Below are positions 16,552 through 26,260 of a DNA stretch of 64,000 nt, in pieces. Location of the stretch: the sequence record KU935715.1; one strand, written 5' to 3'. A program made the position numbers and the translations under genes. The notes beneath the pieces were generated by a model. It worked only from the letters and a program-made list of their open reading frames with translations. It searched no databases and had not been told where the DNA came from. Source of the stretch: Acinetobacter phage vB_AbaM_ME3. Positions within the stretch are counted from its first letter, which is position 1. The number at the start of each line of letters is the position of its first letter.

Positions 16552-18333
16552 ATGAGAATAAACTCAAAAGAAACTTACCAAGTAGGTCATATGCCTATTA
16601 AAGATTCTTCTAAAGCTGTTTCGATTAGAATTGAAGCTGCTCATGCAGGGATTGTAAATGGTAATTATATCTTTTATACTCCTAAAGCTTTAGAACAAGG
16701 AAGTAGATCTTTAAAAGAGTTTTTTAAACCTTTACAAAAGCAACACTATGATAAAACCTTAGGTTATATTTATGATGCTGTTTTTGAACCTAAATCAAAT
16801 TCTAGACACTTAGATAATATTAACTCAGCAAAAACTGCTACAGACTTAGTACGAGCAGTTAAAGACTATTATAAATCAGAAGAATATAAGAAGAACTCAG
16901 AAGGGTTTGGAGTGCTTATCTCGAAAGCTAAACTTTATAACCAATCTAAGATTAAGACACTTCTTCGAAAAGATAAAGGTCATGTATCAATTGCAGGAGA
17001 TTCAGAAGGAGCTTTATGTAGTATCTGTTCTGGAATTGTTACTGAGTGTGAACACGAATTAGGTAATCGATATGGCAACGAAGTTTGTTTTGCTATTGCT
17101 GATAATCTAGAATTAGATCATATCTCTTTTGAAGAGATTCCTGCTAACTGGAAAACAAATACACTAATCATCACTGATTCACAATTATTAGGTAAAATAG
17201 AACTAATAGAAGGACAAACAATGAAATTAACCTTAGATGAATTAAAACAACGTTTAGAGAATATTGAAGATGTTCTTACTGAATTAGGTTTATCTGAATA
17301 TTTAACAGAATATAAAACCACTTTAGAAACAGCTTCAGCTACAGACTTTCTTTTCCCTAAAGAAAAGCTAGTACCTTTAAACTCTAAACTAGCTGTTATC
17401 GTAGCTACTAAGTTACTTGATCTATTAGATGAAACAGAAGAAAAAACAACTGTTGCATCAATTGTAGAAAAAGAGTATAAAGAAGTTCTTGGTGAAACAA
17501 CTCTAGAAGATGCTATAGAAGCTCTTAAAGTTGTAGAAGAAGACACTAAAACTGTAGAGGAAGATTCTACAGATACAGTAGAAGATGATACAACTACCAA
17601 AGAAGAAACTACTTCAGTAGAAGAGAATGCAGAGTCTAAAGAAACTGTTCTAGAAGTTACTGATGCTGATCAAATTGCTTTAAAGATTATAGATAGTTTA
17701 CAAGCTATTGTAGATACTAAGTTTGAAGAACTAGAATCTAAGCTTAATGAAGCTATTGCAGCTAAAGAGAAAAAAGCTTCTATTCAAATCTATGAAGACA
17801 GATACGAAGCTGTTCAGACAGAACTACGAGTAGCTAAAGAAGCTGAAAAACAGTTAGAAGACGAATTAAAATCTAGTCTATTAACACAAATTTTACTTCT
17901 TAAGAAAGTTGATGTAGAATCTGAATACTATCAAAAGCTTCAAAGTCGTTCTTTAAATGAATTAAAAATGACTTTAGAAGATCATCAAGCATATGCTGAA
18001 TCAGTAACATTTACTGCAACAAAGGAAGAAGTTAAAGACGAATCTTTAGCTATTACCGATTCTCAAAAAGAGAAAACAGTTACAACTGACTCAGTACCTG
18101 GTGCTGAAGCTATCGATACTATGTCAGATAGTGAAGACGAGACAAAAGAAACTAAAACTGCTCTAGAAGTTCAGGATGCAGATGCTATTGTCAACAAAAT
18201 CTTAGCGGGCTTAGGTAATGATCCATTATCTAAAGGTGAATACTCTATGTTGTACAAAACAACTGCTATTCAACACGGTATTGCAACCGCTAAAAAACTA
18301 CACACTGTTTTAAAACAACAATTTAAAATTTAA
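16552..18333 (+). CDS. acidic coiled-coil protein, putative scaffolding/prohead core protein (593 aa)
   Basis: C-terminal two-thirds is Glu/Asp/Thr-rich with coiled-coil character and an internal 18-aa repeat (VLEVTDADQIALKIIDSL / ALEVQDADAIVNKILAGL). Directly upstream of the capsid genes. Confidence 0.5.
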   Translation: MRINSKETYQVGHMPIKDSSKAVSIRIEAAHAGIVNGNYIFYTPKALEQGSRSLKEFFKPLQKQHYDKTLGYIYDAVFEPKSNSRHLDNINSAKTATDLVRAVKDYYKSEEYKKNSEGFGVLISKAKLYNQSKIKTLLRKDKGHVSIAGDSEGALCSICSGIVTECEHELGNRYGNEVCFAIADNLELDHISFEEIPANWKTNTLIITDSQLLGKIELIEGQTMKLTLDELKQRLENIEDVLTELGLSEYLTEYKTTLETASATDFLFPKEKLVPLNSKLAVIVATKLLDLLDETEEKTTVASIVEKEYKEVLGETTLEDAIEALKVVEEDTKTVEEDSTDTVEDDTTTKEETTSVEENAESKETVLEVTDADQIALKIIDSLQAIVDTKFEELESKLNEAIAAKEKKASIQIYEDRYEAVQTELRVAKEAEKQLEDELKSSLLTQILLLKKVDVESEYYQKLQSRSLNELKMTLEDHQAYAESVTFTATKEEVKDESLAITDSQKEKTVTTDSVPGAEAIDTMSDSEDETKETKTALEVQDADAIVNKILAGLGNDPLSKGEYSMLYKTTAIQHGIATAKKLHTVLKQQFKI

Positions 18334-18361
18334 ATAAAAACTCTCTTGGAGAATAAAATAT

Positions 18362-19264
18362 ATGGCAAACTACAATGACTTAGTTGGTACTCGTCAATCT
18401 GTTACTGGCTTTCAAATTCCACAAGCACCAATGGTTCCTAACAACAGCTTATCTGATGGTATTGCTCCAGCTGGTACTTTTAAAGTAGCGCCTTACTTAC
18501 CTTTAGTTCGTTATAACGAAGATAAGTACACACATGTTGTTATTGGTTCTGGTAAACCAGTTGCTCAAGACTCTAATGGTGCTATCGTTCCTGCTGGTCT
18601 TCGTTTAGACTTAGTTGCTTATGGTGTAGCTCCTGCTAACGCTTTAGTTAAATATACACAAGCTGATGTAGATGCTGGTGTTCGTAACGCTGCTGGTGCG
18701 CTAGTTACAGCTGGTGAAGCTGTTGTTGCTTCTTTTGCAACAGCTGGTATTACTATCGGTGCTCACATTGGTGTAGCTCCTTATGACATCTTCCGTCATG
18801 CTGGTGGTGATAACATCAACCCAACTACTACTACTCATATTAATTTTAACCCACAACCAGTTATTGCTGTTCTTCGTGATTACCATATGCAATACCCTGT
18901 AGTTAAAGACGCTGCTACTGCACGTGCTGCTGCTCTTAAAGGTATGGCTGTTATGGTTGCTACTAAAGCTGATGTTGCTTTTGGTGGTTTTGTTACTTAC
19001 GATGCTGAGTCGAACTTTGTTATCGATGCTGCTCCTACTTTAGCTAATACTGTTGGTCAAATTACAGGTTTACGTGTTTACAAAGATGATACAACTGGTG
19101 CAGTTGTAGGTGATCACAACTTACTTGACCGTGTTGTTGCTCCTAACCCAGCTACAGCTTCTGTGTTAAATCAAGTTGCAAACGTATCTAATGACGGTAT
19201 GGGATCATTCATCACTTATTCAGGTGGATGGGGTGTTGTTGAATTTGGCCTTATTGGTCGTTAA
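18362..19264 (+). CDS. abundant head protein (second capsid/decoration-type protein, 300 aa)
   Basis: Codon usage shifts markedly (CGT/GGT/GCT/CTT instead of AGA and A/T-ending codons), typical of very highly expressed virion genes. Ala/Val/Gly-rich. Adjacent to the major capsid gene. Confidence 0.5.
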   Translation: MANYNDLVGTRQSVTGFQIPQAPMVPNNSLSDGIAPAGTFKVAPYLPLVRYNEDKYTHVVIGSGKPVAQDSNGAIVPAGLRLDLVAYGVAPANALVKYTQADVDAGVRNAAGALVTAGEAVVASFATAGITIGAHIGVAPYDIFRHAGGDNINPTTTTHINFNPQPVIAVLRDYHMQYPVVKDAATARAAALKGMAVMVATKADVAFGGFVTYDAESNFVIDAAPTLANTVGQITGLRVYKDDTTGAVVGDHNLLDRVVAPNPATASVLNQVANVSNDGMGSFITYSGGWGVVEFGLIGR

Positions 19265-19325
19265 TCCAACACATACATGTAAACAAAGAAATTCAATTTT
19301 AAATATATAAAGGAAATATATAAAT

Positions 19326-20522
19326 ATGACTACTGCATTAGAAATTAAAGATTTTAAAGAACTAGTACAAAACAATGGTAAAGTATCTGATACTAAATTC
19401 AGTATTCAAGATGCTCTATCTACTCCTAATGGTCCTCAAGCTTTAGGTAAATTATATACTGAAGTTGTTCAGCAAGTTATTGAAGCTGAAGCTCTAGGTC
19501 TTAAGCTAGTTCGTAAGATCCGTCACGATGACATCGTAGGTGAATCTACATCATTTAAATGGATCGGTGCTGGTAATATTCCTAACGTTGATCGTGCAGA
19601 ATCTGGTGAATATCCAGAGTTCAGTATTCAACTTGGTAAATCAGCTGTTGTACGTGCTCAATTCTTACAACGTGGTCTTGTAGTTAAGATTACTCAAGAA
19701 GACATTCGTTACAGCCGTTGGGATATCATCCGTGAGCATATCACTCAAGCTGCTTTAGCTCTTACTCGTGCTAAAGAAAAGTTAATCTTCCAAACATTTG
19801 AAGGTGCTGGTGCTGTTATTTTTGATAATAACGATGCTGCTAAAACAGCTTCTGTAAAAGGTCCTGCTAATGGTCGTGACCGTTTTGGTAACAAAAATGG
19901 TTCTTTAACTTATGAAGATATCATTGATATGGTTGCTATTATGAATACAAATGGTTATAACCCAAATGTAATGTTAGTACACCCGTTATCATTACCTATC
20001 TTCCAGAAAGATCCTATTCTTCGTCATATGGGCTTTGTAACAGGTAATCCATCTGCTTTCTTAAACAGTGGCTTAACTTCTCCAAATCCATACAGCAATG
20101 GTACTGTAGATACTTGGAGACGTCAGCAACGTGCTGCTACTGGTAATGGTCAAACATTATCTGATAAAGAAGTTGAGTTGCTTTCAACTGCTACTCCAGA
20201 ATTACCATCATTCCACCCATTGTCTGGTTTGACTATCATTGCATCAAACTTAGTTCCTTTTGATGCTGTAGCTAAGACTACTTCTATTATGTTGTTAGAT
20301 ACTTCTGCTACTGCTATCCTTAATGAGCAAGTACCTCTTACTGTTGATTCTTGGGAAGAGTACTCACGTGAAATCGTTGCAGTACGTATCAAAGAAGCTT
20401 ATTCAGTAGATGTAATTGATGAAGGTCGTGGTATCGCTGTAGCTAAGAACATTCCTCTTACTCCTAATGAGCTTTACATTGATCCTCAAGTTACTATTGA
20501 CGCTAAAGATTTACCAGCTTAA
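19326..20522 (+). CDS. major capsid protein (HK97-like fold, 398 aa)
   Basis: Size, high-expression codon usage, position after the scaffold, and a terminator immediately downstream. Sequence features typical of phage major capsid proteins. Confidence 0.6.
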   Translation: MTTALEIKDFKELVQNNGKVSDTKFSIQDALSTPNGPQALGKLYTEVVQQVIEAEALGLKLVRKIRHDDIVGESTSFKWIGAGNIPNVDRAESGEYPEFSIQLGKSAVVRAQFLQRGLVVKITQEDIRYSRWDIIREHITQAALALTRAKEKLIFQTFEGAGAVIFDNNDAAKTASVKGPANGRDRFGNKNGSLTYEDIIDMVAIMNTNGYNPNVMLVHPLSLPIFQKDPILRHMGFVTGNPSAFLNSGLTSPNPYSNGTVDTWRRQQRAATGNGQTLSDKEVELLSTATPELPSFHPLSGLTIIASNLVPFDAVAKTTSIMLLDTSATAILNEQVPLTVDSWEEYSREIVAVRIKEAYSVDVIDEGRGIAVAKNIPLTPNELYIDPQVTIDAKDLPA

Positions 20523-20543
20523 TAGTTAGAGATTAAATCAAAA

Positions 20544-20580
20544 GGAGAGTGAGCTTAACACTTGCTCTCCTCCATTTTAA
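20544..20580 (+). terminator. putative intrinsic terminator after the capsid gene
   Basis: 10-bp stem GGAGAGTGAG / CTTGCTCTCC (two G-U pairs), 7-nt loop, followed by TCCATTTT. Confidence 0.5.
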
Positions 20581-20603
20581 ATAAATATTATTAAGGATAA
20601 GAA

Positions 20604-20834
20604 ATGAAAATTCTATTAAAACGTGCCACTTATTATTTTAATGATGGTATTGTCCTCGGTCCTCTTTCTCGTGAAGCAGATGTGGATTTAAATGAAATGA
20701 GTGACTCATCTATTCGTAAGTTAAATGCTGGTGTTCGTACTGGTGTTATTGAAATCACTGAAGGTTTTGAAGAGTTTGAAGCTAAAGTAGTTAGTCTTTC
20801 AGCTAAGAAAGAAGACGCTTCCTTGTTAGTTTGA
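20604..20834 (+). CDS. small hypothetical protein (76 aa) downstream of the capsid gene
   Basis: AAGGA RBS. Ends in GTT TGA. Confidence 0.55.
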   Translation: MKILLKRATYYFNDGIVLGPLSREADVDLNEMSDSSIRKLNAGVRTGVIEITEGFEEFEAKVVSLSAKKEDASLLV

Positions 20835-20982
20835 AGCTTTAAAGAAGATTAAAAAAGAAGTTGTAGAACAAATTAAAGAAGAAGTTAAAGTAGTTGAAGA
20901 CACAGACACTGTTAAAGTTGAAGAAGTTAAAGAAGAGACTACTAAGAAACCTGCTCCTAGACGTAAAACTACTGCTAAATAA
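20830..20982 (+). other. start-less 50-codon open frame (+1 relative to the 76-aa gene) encoding a K/E-rich segment and a basic KKPAPRRKTTAK tail; candidate frameshift extension
   Basis: No ATG/GTG/TTG codon in the frame. Bounded upstream by TAG 20827..20829. Begins exactly at the upstream TGA stop (GTT TGA A -> TTT GAA). Confidence 0.3.
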
Positions 20983-21002
20983 TACTGTATACGAGGATTA
21001 GT

Positions 21003-22055
21003 ATGATGGATATAAAAATTATTAATAGTGATAAAGAACTATTGTCTTTCCCTATCACACAATCTATAAGTCTTTCCTTATCTGAAAGCATTGACGTTAA
21101 TACATTACAAAATCATATTATCCTTTTTAGATTATTACCTAATAACAATTTAGTTAGTTTAGTAGAACCATATTCTTACACTCTAGGATACATTAAAGAA
21201 ACGTTTAATACAGTTGATGTAACATTTAAACTTGAAGAAAGATCAGATGATTTTTTACTCACTGTTACTCCTATTAAACCTCTCTTTCTAGACTCAGAGT
21301 ATGCTATATATATTACTAGAAATTTAGTAGAAGCTAACTCAAAAGTTGTTAAAACTGTTTCTAAATCTAAATCAACACTTCAAACTGTTGTTACAGGGAA
21401 TGTACTAGATAGAACAATAGAAGTGGAAGTTCTAAAAACATCTGTAATTTCTAATGGTTCGAATGTAGTTGAATTTAAGTTAGATGGTAGTCCTTATACA
21501 TTAAATCTCGCTCAAAACACATCAGTAACTTTAAATAATATTAAATACATATTTGAAAACACTGTATATCTAATTGGTGAGAAATTTAATGTAACTGTAG
21601 ATAATGTTGGTGATGTAAGACTTGAAGACGTTTTATATAAGTTTAAGACTGCTCCTTCAGAATCTATCAAACCTATAAGTCACCAAACACCATCTACAAG
21701 TATTGATACTCAAGCTATATTGAATTTCTATCAGCAAGTTAGCACTTCCCCTACTGTTATATTAACCCCTAAATATATAAATCCTAATCTATTTGCAATC
21801 ACACTCCCTGATGGGTACAAGTTAGATAAAACTAAGTGTATAGATGTAGCAATGATTAGAGAAGCTTTTAATAATTATTTACTAAGTAATATGGGCTTGT
21901 ATGACAGCAATCATAAATATTCTATTTACCTATTTCAAGAAGGAAATGAATTGTATGTAGAAGTAATATACTCAGATACTAATGATACTCCAGTGGTAAT
22001 ATATGATGAGAATGAATTTGTATTGAAGTATAAACTTAAGAGAGTAGGGATATGA
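21003..22055 (+). CDS. hypothetical virion (head-tail joining region) protein (350 aa)
   Basis: GAGGA RBS. Lies between the capsid and tail sheath genes. Confidence 0.6.
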   Translation: MMDIKIINSDKELLSFPITQSISLSLSESIDVNTLQNHIILFRLLPNNNLVSLVEPYSYTLGYIKETFNTVDVTFKLEERSDDFLLTVTPIKPLFLDSEYAIYITRNLVEANSKVVKTVSKSKSTLQTVVTGNVLDRTIEVEVLKTSVISNGSNVVEFKLDGSPYTLNLAQNTSVTLNNIKYIFENTVYLIGEKFNVTVDNVGDVRLEDVLYKFKTAPSESIKPISHQTPSTSIDTQAILNFYQQVSTSPTVILTPKYINPNLFAITLPDGYKLDKTKCIDVAMIREAFNNYLLSNMGLYDSNHKYSIYLFQEGNELYVEVIYSDTNDTPVVIYDENEFVLKYKLKRVGI

Positions 22056-22339
22056 CGATAGCTGTAGAGTATCCAGAAATTAAAAATGCCTTTATAGGCA
22101 ACAAGATTCAAATAATTAATAAAAGTATATCTAAGATAAGAATTCTAAAGATTTCAACAACTTCTTTACTATTCTCCTTTAAATTAAGTACAGATAATGT
22201 TACATACAATACAAACTTATATCCTCATATAGATATAGAACCAGATGCAATATTAGAAGTGTATGCTAAAGCTGATACAACAACTGTTAGTAGAATTATA
22301 ACTAGTAATCTAATTAACCTTGAGGTAGAGTACGTATGA
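22052..22339 (+). CDS. hypothetical protein (95 aa)
   Basis: ATGA overlap with the upstream gene. Confidence 0.5.
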   Translation: MTIAVEYPEIKNAFIGNKIQIINKSISKIRILKISTTSLLFSFKLSTDNVTYNTNLYPHIDIEPDAILEVYAKADTTTVSRIITSNLINLEVEYV

Positions 22340-23043
22340 ATATAAACCTTAAATTAGCTCTTCCTATAGTAAATAGTGAAGGAAAGACATCAGTAGTGAA
22401 AGTAGATAGTTCTTTAATGTTGACTCCCTACTACGCTACAGAAGAAGATATTGTACCTACATTTCCTAATATCAAAGAAGAAGATTTAACTCACCTTAGA
22501 AGATTACTATTCAATGCATCTATATCCGTAGACAGATTAACTGACAAGATACAATTTCTTAAACTATTAACTGATTTTCAACTATTTTCTCTTAAAAGAG
22601 ACTATGTTATTTGCTCTGTTACTAATGAATTTGCTAAGAGAATGAATGCGGATGCAGTTAAAGCTAAAAGTCAAAGTAAGTCTTTAGGAGACTTCTCAGT
22701 ATCCGTATCTCAAACATCTGATACCACTGTTATCAGCAAGATATTTAGTGACTCTAAGGAGTGCTTAGAAAATCTAGAGACTCTTATAAGAGAGACAGAA
22801 GAAACACAAATACTCCCTTCAGAGTTTGTTAAAGGAAGATATAATCCTAATAATAAGCATACCTATGGAAGACTATGGTGGTTAACTGATTTAGATAATG
22901 GTGCAAGAGTTACAGATGGTTATGCTAGTAAGAAATACCTGTATAATGGCAATCTGTACAAGTCAGCTACATTAAATAGGTATTCTAGTGTAGAAAATGT
23001 TGACACAGTATCTTATTATTTAAGAGGTGATAATGAAGAATGA
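22336..23043 (+). CDS. hypothetical neck/head-completion region protein (235 aa)
   Basis: ATGA overlap; GAGG RBS. Confidence 0.6.
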   Translation: MNINLKLALPIVNSEGKTSVVKVDSSLMLTPYYATEEDIVPTFPNIKEEDLTHLRRLLFNASISVDRLTDKIQFLKLLTDFQLFSLKRDYVICSVTNEFAKRMNADAVKAKSQSKSLGDFSVSVSQTSDTTVISKIFSDSKECLENLETLIRETEETQILPSEFVKGRYNPNNKHTYGRLWWLTDLDNGARVTDGYASKKYLYNGNLYKSATLNRYSSVENVDTVSYYLRGDNEE

Positions 23044-23539
23044 TTTAAATCTAATAACTGAATTAGATACTCTTCTTTTTACTGATTTAGATACAGATGC
23101 TATAAGCAGACCTCTAATTTGGACTAGGTTTAGACGACATGAAGATAACGATAAACGAGTTAACTGCTCTGCTTGCAACCCTAACATAAATGGTTATGTA
23201 GAAGGACAGTTAGGATGTCCTTATTGTAAGGGATATGGATATTTAAGTGATCAATCTATAATTAAAGGTTATCTATACAAACAGAATGAAGGTAAAGATA
23301 GATACAACCTGCATGCTTTTGAAAAGGTTGGTAAGGCAGATACAACCTCTTACGTATTAGTTACTCCTTATGATGTGAAGCCTCTAAATGAAGACTATAT
23401 AGAATTAGTAGATTTAGATAGTAATGGAAAGATAGCTATGCCTCTCAAGATGACAGAAAGATTAAAAATAATCTTTAACAGGTCTATGAGAGCTAGTACA
23501 AATAAGACTGATTTTAATATTTCTTATTTAGGAGGATAA
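23033..23539 (+). CDS. hypothetical protein with a zinc-ribbon motif (CSAC...CPYC)
   Basis: ATG 23033 with an AAGAGG RBS; the track uses GTG 23027. Four-Cys motif. Confidence 0.55.
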   Translation: MKNDLNLITELDTLLFTDLDTDAISRPLIWTRFRRHEDNDKRVNCSACNPNINGYVEGQLGCPYCKGYGYLSDQSIIKGYLYKQNEGKDRYNLHAFEKVGKADTTSYVLVTPYDVKPLNEDYIELVDLDSNGKIAMPLKMTERLKIIFNRSMRASTNKTDFNISYLGG

Positions 23540-23542
23540 TAG

Positions 23543-24226
23543 ATGTCTAATGACAGTATTTTTAAAGAAGTTATCCAATTCAGAGATGAACTCCTATCAA
23601 GTGATTTCAATCATATTGAAGGAGACTCAATAGAAGAAATTTATAGTTTTGGCAATAACATTTATCAGTTGTTTGATGGTTTGCTAGACTTATTTAAAGA
23701 GCTAAACCTTTTATCAGATTCTGGAGACCCCTCTCCAGAAAAATTTAGATTTATTCATGCTTACCCTGATGAGGTTAAGGATGCTGTAATTCCTAATATT
23801 GTTACATATAATATAGTTAGAAGAACTCCTAGAGTGACATCTAATTCTAGTATAAATACAAGACCAGTAACTAAACATGGACCATCAGTTGTTGGTGAGA
23901 CGTATAATCAAATTACAGGTAATGTAGAAGAACAATATAAATTAGAATTTGACAATGTTGTTGCAATCACAATATTTTCAGAAAAAGCTAGAGTACTAAA
24001 CAACCTTGCAAGACTAATAGAATCTATTTTTTTGAAGTACTCTAGTTATATTAAAAAATTTGTAGACATGTATATTTATCTAGGAATGAGTGACATACGT
24101 TACTTAGATAAATATGAAGATCAAGCTCCTTTGTACTGTAGAGAACTTCAATTTAAAGTTATGACTACAGAGGTATACAAACAAGAACTTGAACATATTA
24201 AATCTATAAATCTTCAACTTAATTAA
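23543..24226 (+). CDS. hypothetical protein (227 aa), neck/tail-terminator region
   Basis: Strong AGGAGG RBS. Immediately upstream of the sheath gene. Confidence 0.6.
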   Translation: MSNDSIFKEVIQFRDELLSSDFNHIEGDSIEEIYSFGNNIYQLFDGLLDLFKELNLLSDSGDPSPEKFRFIHAYPDEVKDAVIPNIVTYNIVRRTPRVTSNSSINTRPVTKHGPSVVGETYNQITGNVEEQYKLEFDNVVAITIFSEKARVLNNLARLIESIFLKYSSYIKKFVDMYIYLGMSDIRYLDKYEDQAPLYCRELQFKVMTTEVYKQELEHIKSINLQLN

Positions 24227-24249
24227 TTTAGTTAACTAAAGGAAATAAA

Positions 24250-26247
24250 ATGTCAAGAGTTGGTATTACTTCTGAAATTTTAGATGGCAAGTTAAATCCA
24301 CGAGTAAGTCTTCCTGAAGATGTAACTCTTGTTGTAAGTCGTTCGACTACTGGTCCATCTAATCAGTTGTACTCTGTGTCAGATACAGAAACAGCTAAAC
24401 AAATTTATGGTGCAAATTCACCTATTATTCAATTAATGAAACATGCTTTTGCTGGTGGTGCTCGTAGTGTAGCTCTATATCGTATTGGTGGTCGTCCTGC
24501 TAGTATTGAAAACCTTTTTGGTGAGTATACAACTTTACGTACAACTGCTGCTTCTGTAGGTGCTGGTTCTAATCTTAAAGTATATGCTGGTCCACGTGTA
24601 AACGATCCTGAAACATCTATTGTAATTGTTTATGATGGTGCTAAAATTGTTTATTCTAACTCTCCAGGTCAAGAGATCGATACAGGTGTAGTATCTTTAG
24701 AAGGATTTGATTCTTCTGATTTCCAATTTATTATTGGTACTCCATCTGCTCCAGTTCCATTTGCAAATGTAGTAGATAACCTCAAAGCTAAGTACGTTGA
24801 AGCATTCGTTGCTGATGGTGTTGCTTCTGCTTACACACTTTCTCAAGCAACTATTGACTCAGTTGTTCAGGTTGTTAAAACATCAGCTACTGGTGTTATT
24901 AGAACTCTAGCTGCAAACGAATATACAGTTAATGGTAATCAAGTAACTATTACTACTAGTCCTCAAGCTAGTGAAGTAATTCAAATTACTTATACTAAGA
25001 CTACAACTGCTGCTGCACATGATATCGAGTACCGTGCTGGTGAAGATAACATGGGTGCATCACTTAACAAACTTTATGAACTCTATGATTCAGCTTTTGT
25101 TGATTTAGAAGCTTATTCTGTATTCTCAGTTGTAATTGAAGACTTATTTGCTGCTAGAAATATCAGTTCAGGTGATGACGCTACTGCTGATCGTCTTACT
25201 TATGTAAAACGTACAGAAACTGAAGAAGGGTTTGAATATGAGTGGTCTCAATTTAAGCATCTATATCAAAAGCTAAGTAACCCTACTGAAACTACTACTA
25301 ATATTGCAGAAGCTGCATTAGATAGTAATGGTCAACCAATCATTGTTGATTCTTATCATGAAGTAGACTTTGCGCATAGACTAGCTATGTGGGCTTGGAC
25401 TCAGTCTGATATTGCTCATTATGTGAATGGTGTTATTGGTCCTCGTGGTCCTAAAGCTAACTTTACATTAGCTATTAACCGCTGGGTTGGTAAATCTCCT
25501 GAACGTGATATCTACGGTAAGATCATCGTTAATGGTGAAGGATTACTAGGTAACCGTTTCATGGTTGGTTCTACAACTCATAAAGCTGGTTTCTATGCAA
25601 CTGATACGGGATTCCCTGATGGCGATCCATTATATGATTCAACTGGTGTGATTGTAGATATTGGTAAACATTTAAGTATTCCTGTACTTCCTGTATTACT
25701 TTCTACAGATCTTTTAACATCTGCTGGAGCAAGTGTTGTATCTGCTGCTGCTGCTTATTCAGGTTTAATTACTCAAGTACAACCTGGGGACTCTACAACT
25801 AATATTGTAATTCCTGGTGTAACTCCACTATTTAAACTGAAAGCAGATAAGATTCAAGCATTATCTAATGCTGGATATGTAGTTTTCGAACAAAAAACTA
25901 AAGGCTTAACAGTATACTCTGGTGACCTAGCAACTAACGATAATTCAGACTATGATTACATCTCAACAGCTATTGCTATTACTCATGTTCTTAAGAACTT
26001 ACGTAATGTAATCGACCCTTACATTGGTCGTGGTTTAAGTGCTGCTCTATTAGCTGCTCTTTATAACGCAATTGATGTTGAATTGAAAGCTGCTGTTACT
26101 AATGGTTATATCAATGGTTATAGCTTCAACTTACTTGGTAGTGATGTCAATACATTAAGATTACCATTAAGTATTCAACCTAAGCATGAGTTACGTACTG
26201 TCAACATTACTGTTTCTCTTGCAGAACAAGATTTATTCAGTATCTAA
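24250..26247 (+). CDS. contractile tail sheath protein (665 aa)
   Basis: Size, high-expression codon usage, and conserved sheath-like N-terminal region (...SRSTTGPSNQLYSVSDTETAKQIYG) and C-terminal region (...GYVVFEQKTKGLTVYSGDLATNDNSDYDYIS). Followed by a tube-sized gene. Confidence 0.7.
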   Translation: MSRVGITSEILDGKLNPRVSLPEDVTLVVSRSTTGPSNQLYSVSDTETAKQIYGANSPIIQLMKHAFAGGARSVALYRIGGRPASIENLFGEYTTLRTTAASVGAGSNLKVYAGPRVNDPETSIVIVYDGAKIVYSNSPGQEIDTGVVSLEGFDSSDFQFIIGTPSAPVPFANVVDNLKAKYVEAFVADGVASAYTLSQATIDSVVQVVKTSATGVIRTLAANEYTVNGNQVTITTSPQASEVIQITYTKTTTAAAHDIEYRAGEDNMGASLNKLYELYDSAFVDLEAYSVFSVVIEDLFAARNISSGDDATADRLTYVKRTETEEGFEYEWSQFKHLYQKLSNPTETTTNIAEAALDSNGQPIIVDSYHEVDFAHRLAMWAWTQSDIAHYVNGVIGPRGPKANFTLAINRWVGKSPERDIYGKIIVNGEGLLGNRFMVGSTTHKAGFYATDTGFPDGDPLYDSTGVIVDIGKHLSIPVLPVLLSTDLLTSAGASVVSAAAAYSGLITQVQPGDSTTNIVIPGVTPLFKLKADKIQALSNAGYVVFEQKTKGLTVYSGDLATNDNSDYDYISTAIAITHVLKNLRNVIDPYIGRGLSAALLAALYNAIDVELKAAVTNGYINGYSFNLLGSDVNTLRLPLSIQPKHELRTVNITVSLAEQDLFSI

Positions 26248-26260
26248 TAGGAGATAAATT

